NCBI GenBank assembly: GCA_010356995.1
Contig: ML996700.1
Location: forward strand, 310,001-374,000
Direction of reading: 5' to 3'
DNA: 64,000 nt
Source: Trichodelitschia bisporula
Lineage: Eukaryota
A model generated the notes under the pieces. That model was not told the origin of the DNA. It searched no databases and saw nothing but the letters and a program-made list of their open reading frames with translations. Both the position numbers and the translations under genes were made by a program. The first letter of the stretch is position 1, and each line of letters begins with the position of its first letter. Shown here piece after piece: positions 61,151 to 64,000 of the stretch.

Positions 61151-64000
61151 TCGGTGTGTCTCTGCTTTGGTATTCTTTCCTGCGATTCAGCGAGCGACTG
61201 GTTTCATTCCTCTCAGCATGGAGTTGGGAGAATATGACATGGTCATATCTTGGGCTTCATTTCACATTTGCATTACTGGGACCGATTCCGCTCAAACTGG
61301 CATTGTTTTTTTCCAGCACCAAGGTGCTTGGATTTCTTTTATTGTATGGGTGGAAGTGAAGGACTGCAGCTTTGTTCTCCCTCCCTCTTCTGGAATATGG
61401 TAGAGGTTGAGACTCGCTGCTCATGGTACGATAGATAAACAACCAATCAGAAAAAATGATTGATGTCATGACACTGGTCCCACTTGCTGTGATTGATGCC
61501 ATTCCAGATTTTTCTGTCGAAGATTTTTGCTCGCCTTAGTGGCAAGAGTAGTAAGTGCGTCATGACTACCGTTCCAGGATATTTGGTTGACAAACTTCTA
61601 GCTCGTTACTGTGAAGATTCTGGTCGACCCAATGGGGACGGGCAAACCAGACATTGCCCCTCGAGCGGTTGGACAGCGTTCGCCTTCAACCTCAACAGGC
61701 CCGACAAACTATTGTATCAATCTCTCACTCACGGCCCGCGGCAATCAACACCCCAGCGACCACGCTCCGTCTGCACCCGCAGCCGACCGAAAGAGAAGTC
61801 GACAGTCGAAGATTCAACGACAGCGCTCCGAACTCGGCGCCAAGCGGGGTCGCTTGGGTTGACTCGCCGTTACCAGCGTATCACCGAGCAGCCCTTGATG
61901 TCATGCACCGATCTCTGGTCATGATCGTGATCGGTCATAGCCAGACTTCATCGCCCATACCCGTAACCTGTTCAGTCTGCGAGAACCGATACTCGCTGTA
62001 CACTTCGATCGAACAAATTCGCCTAATTTCCCATGCCAGCGCAATTCGTATGCGCCGCAACTCCACTCCAGCTGGCGCTCGTCGTTCATCTCCGCCCAGA
62101 GGTCACTTGATAGTTCCCCTGGGCGACGGGGCGCGATAAGTGTCTTTGGTGCGACACCGTGCCAGTGTCAGTTGCAGTTCGCTGGCAGGCGGACAGCCTT
62201 GTGGACCATTGACAGAAACACGAAGGTACATCCCTTCGCTTCCTCTGCTTCCTCCCTGAGCTGTGCATTATGTGAGACACAAGTGCACGCCCCCCATGAT
62301 TCACAACTCGCGGTCATTCCGCCTTGCCATTGGATCCCGATACTTTATCCCTTTTGTGTGCCTTGACAACTCGCGAGTTCCGCGCACGACAGAAAAGGAG
62401 TCGAATTCTAGACCTGAGAAAAGGAATGCCATCTGCGGTTCCTGAATCAAGAGACGGCGATTCCGCAAGGCGCCGCGCAGAAATGCGACACGGATGGCTA
62501 CGGGATGGAGATCAAGGCGCAAACGGAATTGCCTCTTGAAATCGGGTTTCGGCAACAGTGCTTGCCGCACAGCCGCTCAAAAGGCAGATCAGACAGCAGA
62601 AACCCACGATCGCAACCCCTCGCCGCGAGAGGCGGGCACCTCCCCGTGACCCCTCGCCCTGCCCGCCTTTCACGCGCGCACATCCTATTCGCCCTGCCCA
62701 AGCGGAACACCGGATAATGCTTCACCCGGCAGCAGACTTCAGAGCGCGCGCACAATGCGCTCAATTCCGAGACCCGATCCTCTATCCAGCTGCCATGCTA
62801 TGTGCAGACCGGTTGATAGCTTCATGTGCGCCTTATTACGGTACGCGGTGATTCTGCTGTCGTGACTCCTCGGGTTTTGCCCGCCAGCGTGGGCGTGGGG
62901 GGTCCACCCAGCCGTTAAATCCGCGCTGCCGGAATCCCTGTCAACGCCACGTTGCCCTTTTTGGCATAGAGCGACACGGGCGCTTAGCGGCACGCGATCG
63001 GCTGGGGCAGGGCGCCGAGACGGGGGAATTTACTGCCGCCGGACCCGAGGCTAGGCCGATGATTTATAGCGGGCAGAAGCGGGTAGGAGATATCCCCGGC
63101 GCCGAGGGCTGCGGCAGTGCGGTCACCCGCCTGGAGGCGACTAGGCTCCCAGAATGGAACATGCTGTGCAAAAAGCGTTGCTATAGGCGTTGTGCATACA
63201 TAGTCCAGCAGTTATGTGGCTCGGCTTTCGGGCCTCGTATGAAGTACGAATATTTCGTCCCTAGTGTCCCGATCAGTGCCTTGCGCCGAAGTGCATCTGC
63301 AATGTCGGCCTTGACACAAATTGCTTGCATCGCCGCAGCAGAGGGTAAGGCAACGCCATTCCGCAGCCCATCATTGGCTGTTCCAGGAGATGTCGTCTTG
63401 ATATGTGGTCTGCACGTCCTTAAGGCTGCCCTCGCGTCTCACGTAACCGCGACCGCTTGGAGGCTGTGGCTTGACCGCTGACGTGGGGAAGCGGGGTTAC
63501 ACTACCCCGCGTCTTACCTCCGGCTCCTGCGCTATGACTCCGCCCCCATGCGGGGAAACAGCCTTGTGCTTGTGCATCCCGCACTTGGAACACGTAAGGA
63601 TGCTGTGGATGAAACTACGAGGTATATGCTGCTGCTTGTGAGAGAAGACGTGTCTAGCAAGATATTTGCTGCAATCAGGCATACGTAGTTCGTGTAGAGC
63701 TCGGATTACGAAGAATCAATCCCCAGGCCCGGAATGACCGCCATTCTTCGTATGGAAGGCGTGTCTCGACGCGTCAGGTTCTCATTGGCAGTCAATAAGA
63801 GAATTTGTGTAATTACTTGCAGGAGGCGGAGTGAGACATGGGGCTGCCTGGCAAGGCTGTGCTGGGACCCTACCGTAGGGCTGAATTTGAGTATGGTGAA
63901 CTCACCAAACCCTACCACTGTTAGTGTGCTACAGCAATGCCTCCTACCCCGTAGTAGTGCTCGACTGACAGGTGCGTTGAAATCAGCTTCAGCCAATGGA

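Overview
Intron-containing, gene-dense chromosomal segment of a filamentous ascomycete (Pezizomycotina; probably a Dothideomycete, by inference only). I can support 15 protein-coding genes: NTE1 lysophospholipase, an aldehyde dehydrogenase, a small 3-exon acidic protein missed by the ORF track, NHP6, the SLH1 helicase, two hypothetical proteins, SNF8/VPS22, RPL7, a CLG1-like cyclin, a GPI-type CFEM protein, a GCIP-like protein, a PTH11-like membrane protein, ARP6 and an ECM13-like acidic protein. RPL7 intron 2 carries a box C/D snoRNA. I found no transposon ORFs, tRNA, rRNA or CRISPR. The most striking observation is at the CLG1-like cyclin. About 1.3 kb of pyrimidine-rich upstream sequence has no ATG, and the first ATG (39012) is in frame with the cyclin but meets a TAG at codon 6 (MSDLC*EKLC...). 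This is a candidate for stop-codon recoding (A-to-I editing or readthrough) or an in-frame regulatory uORF. Also notable: a TAG in NHP6 that can act as stop codon or splice acceptor and so switch the acidic tail on or off, an RPL7 snoRNA whose register points to G805 rather than A807, and an isolated 16-bp intergenic hairpin.
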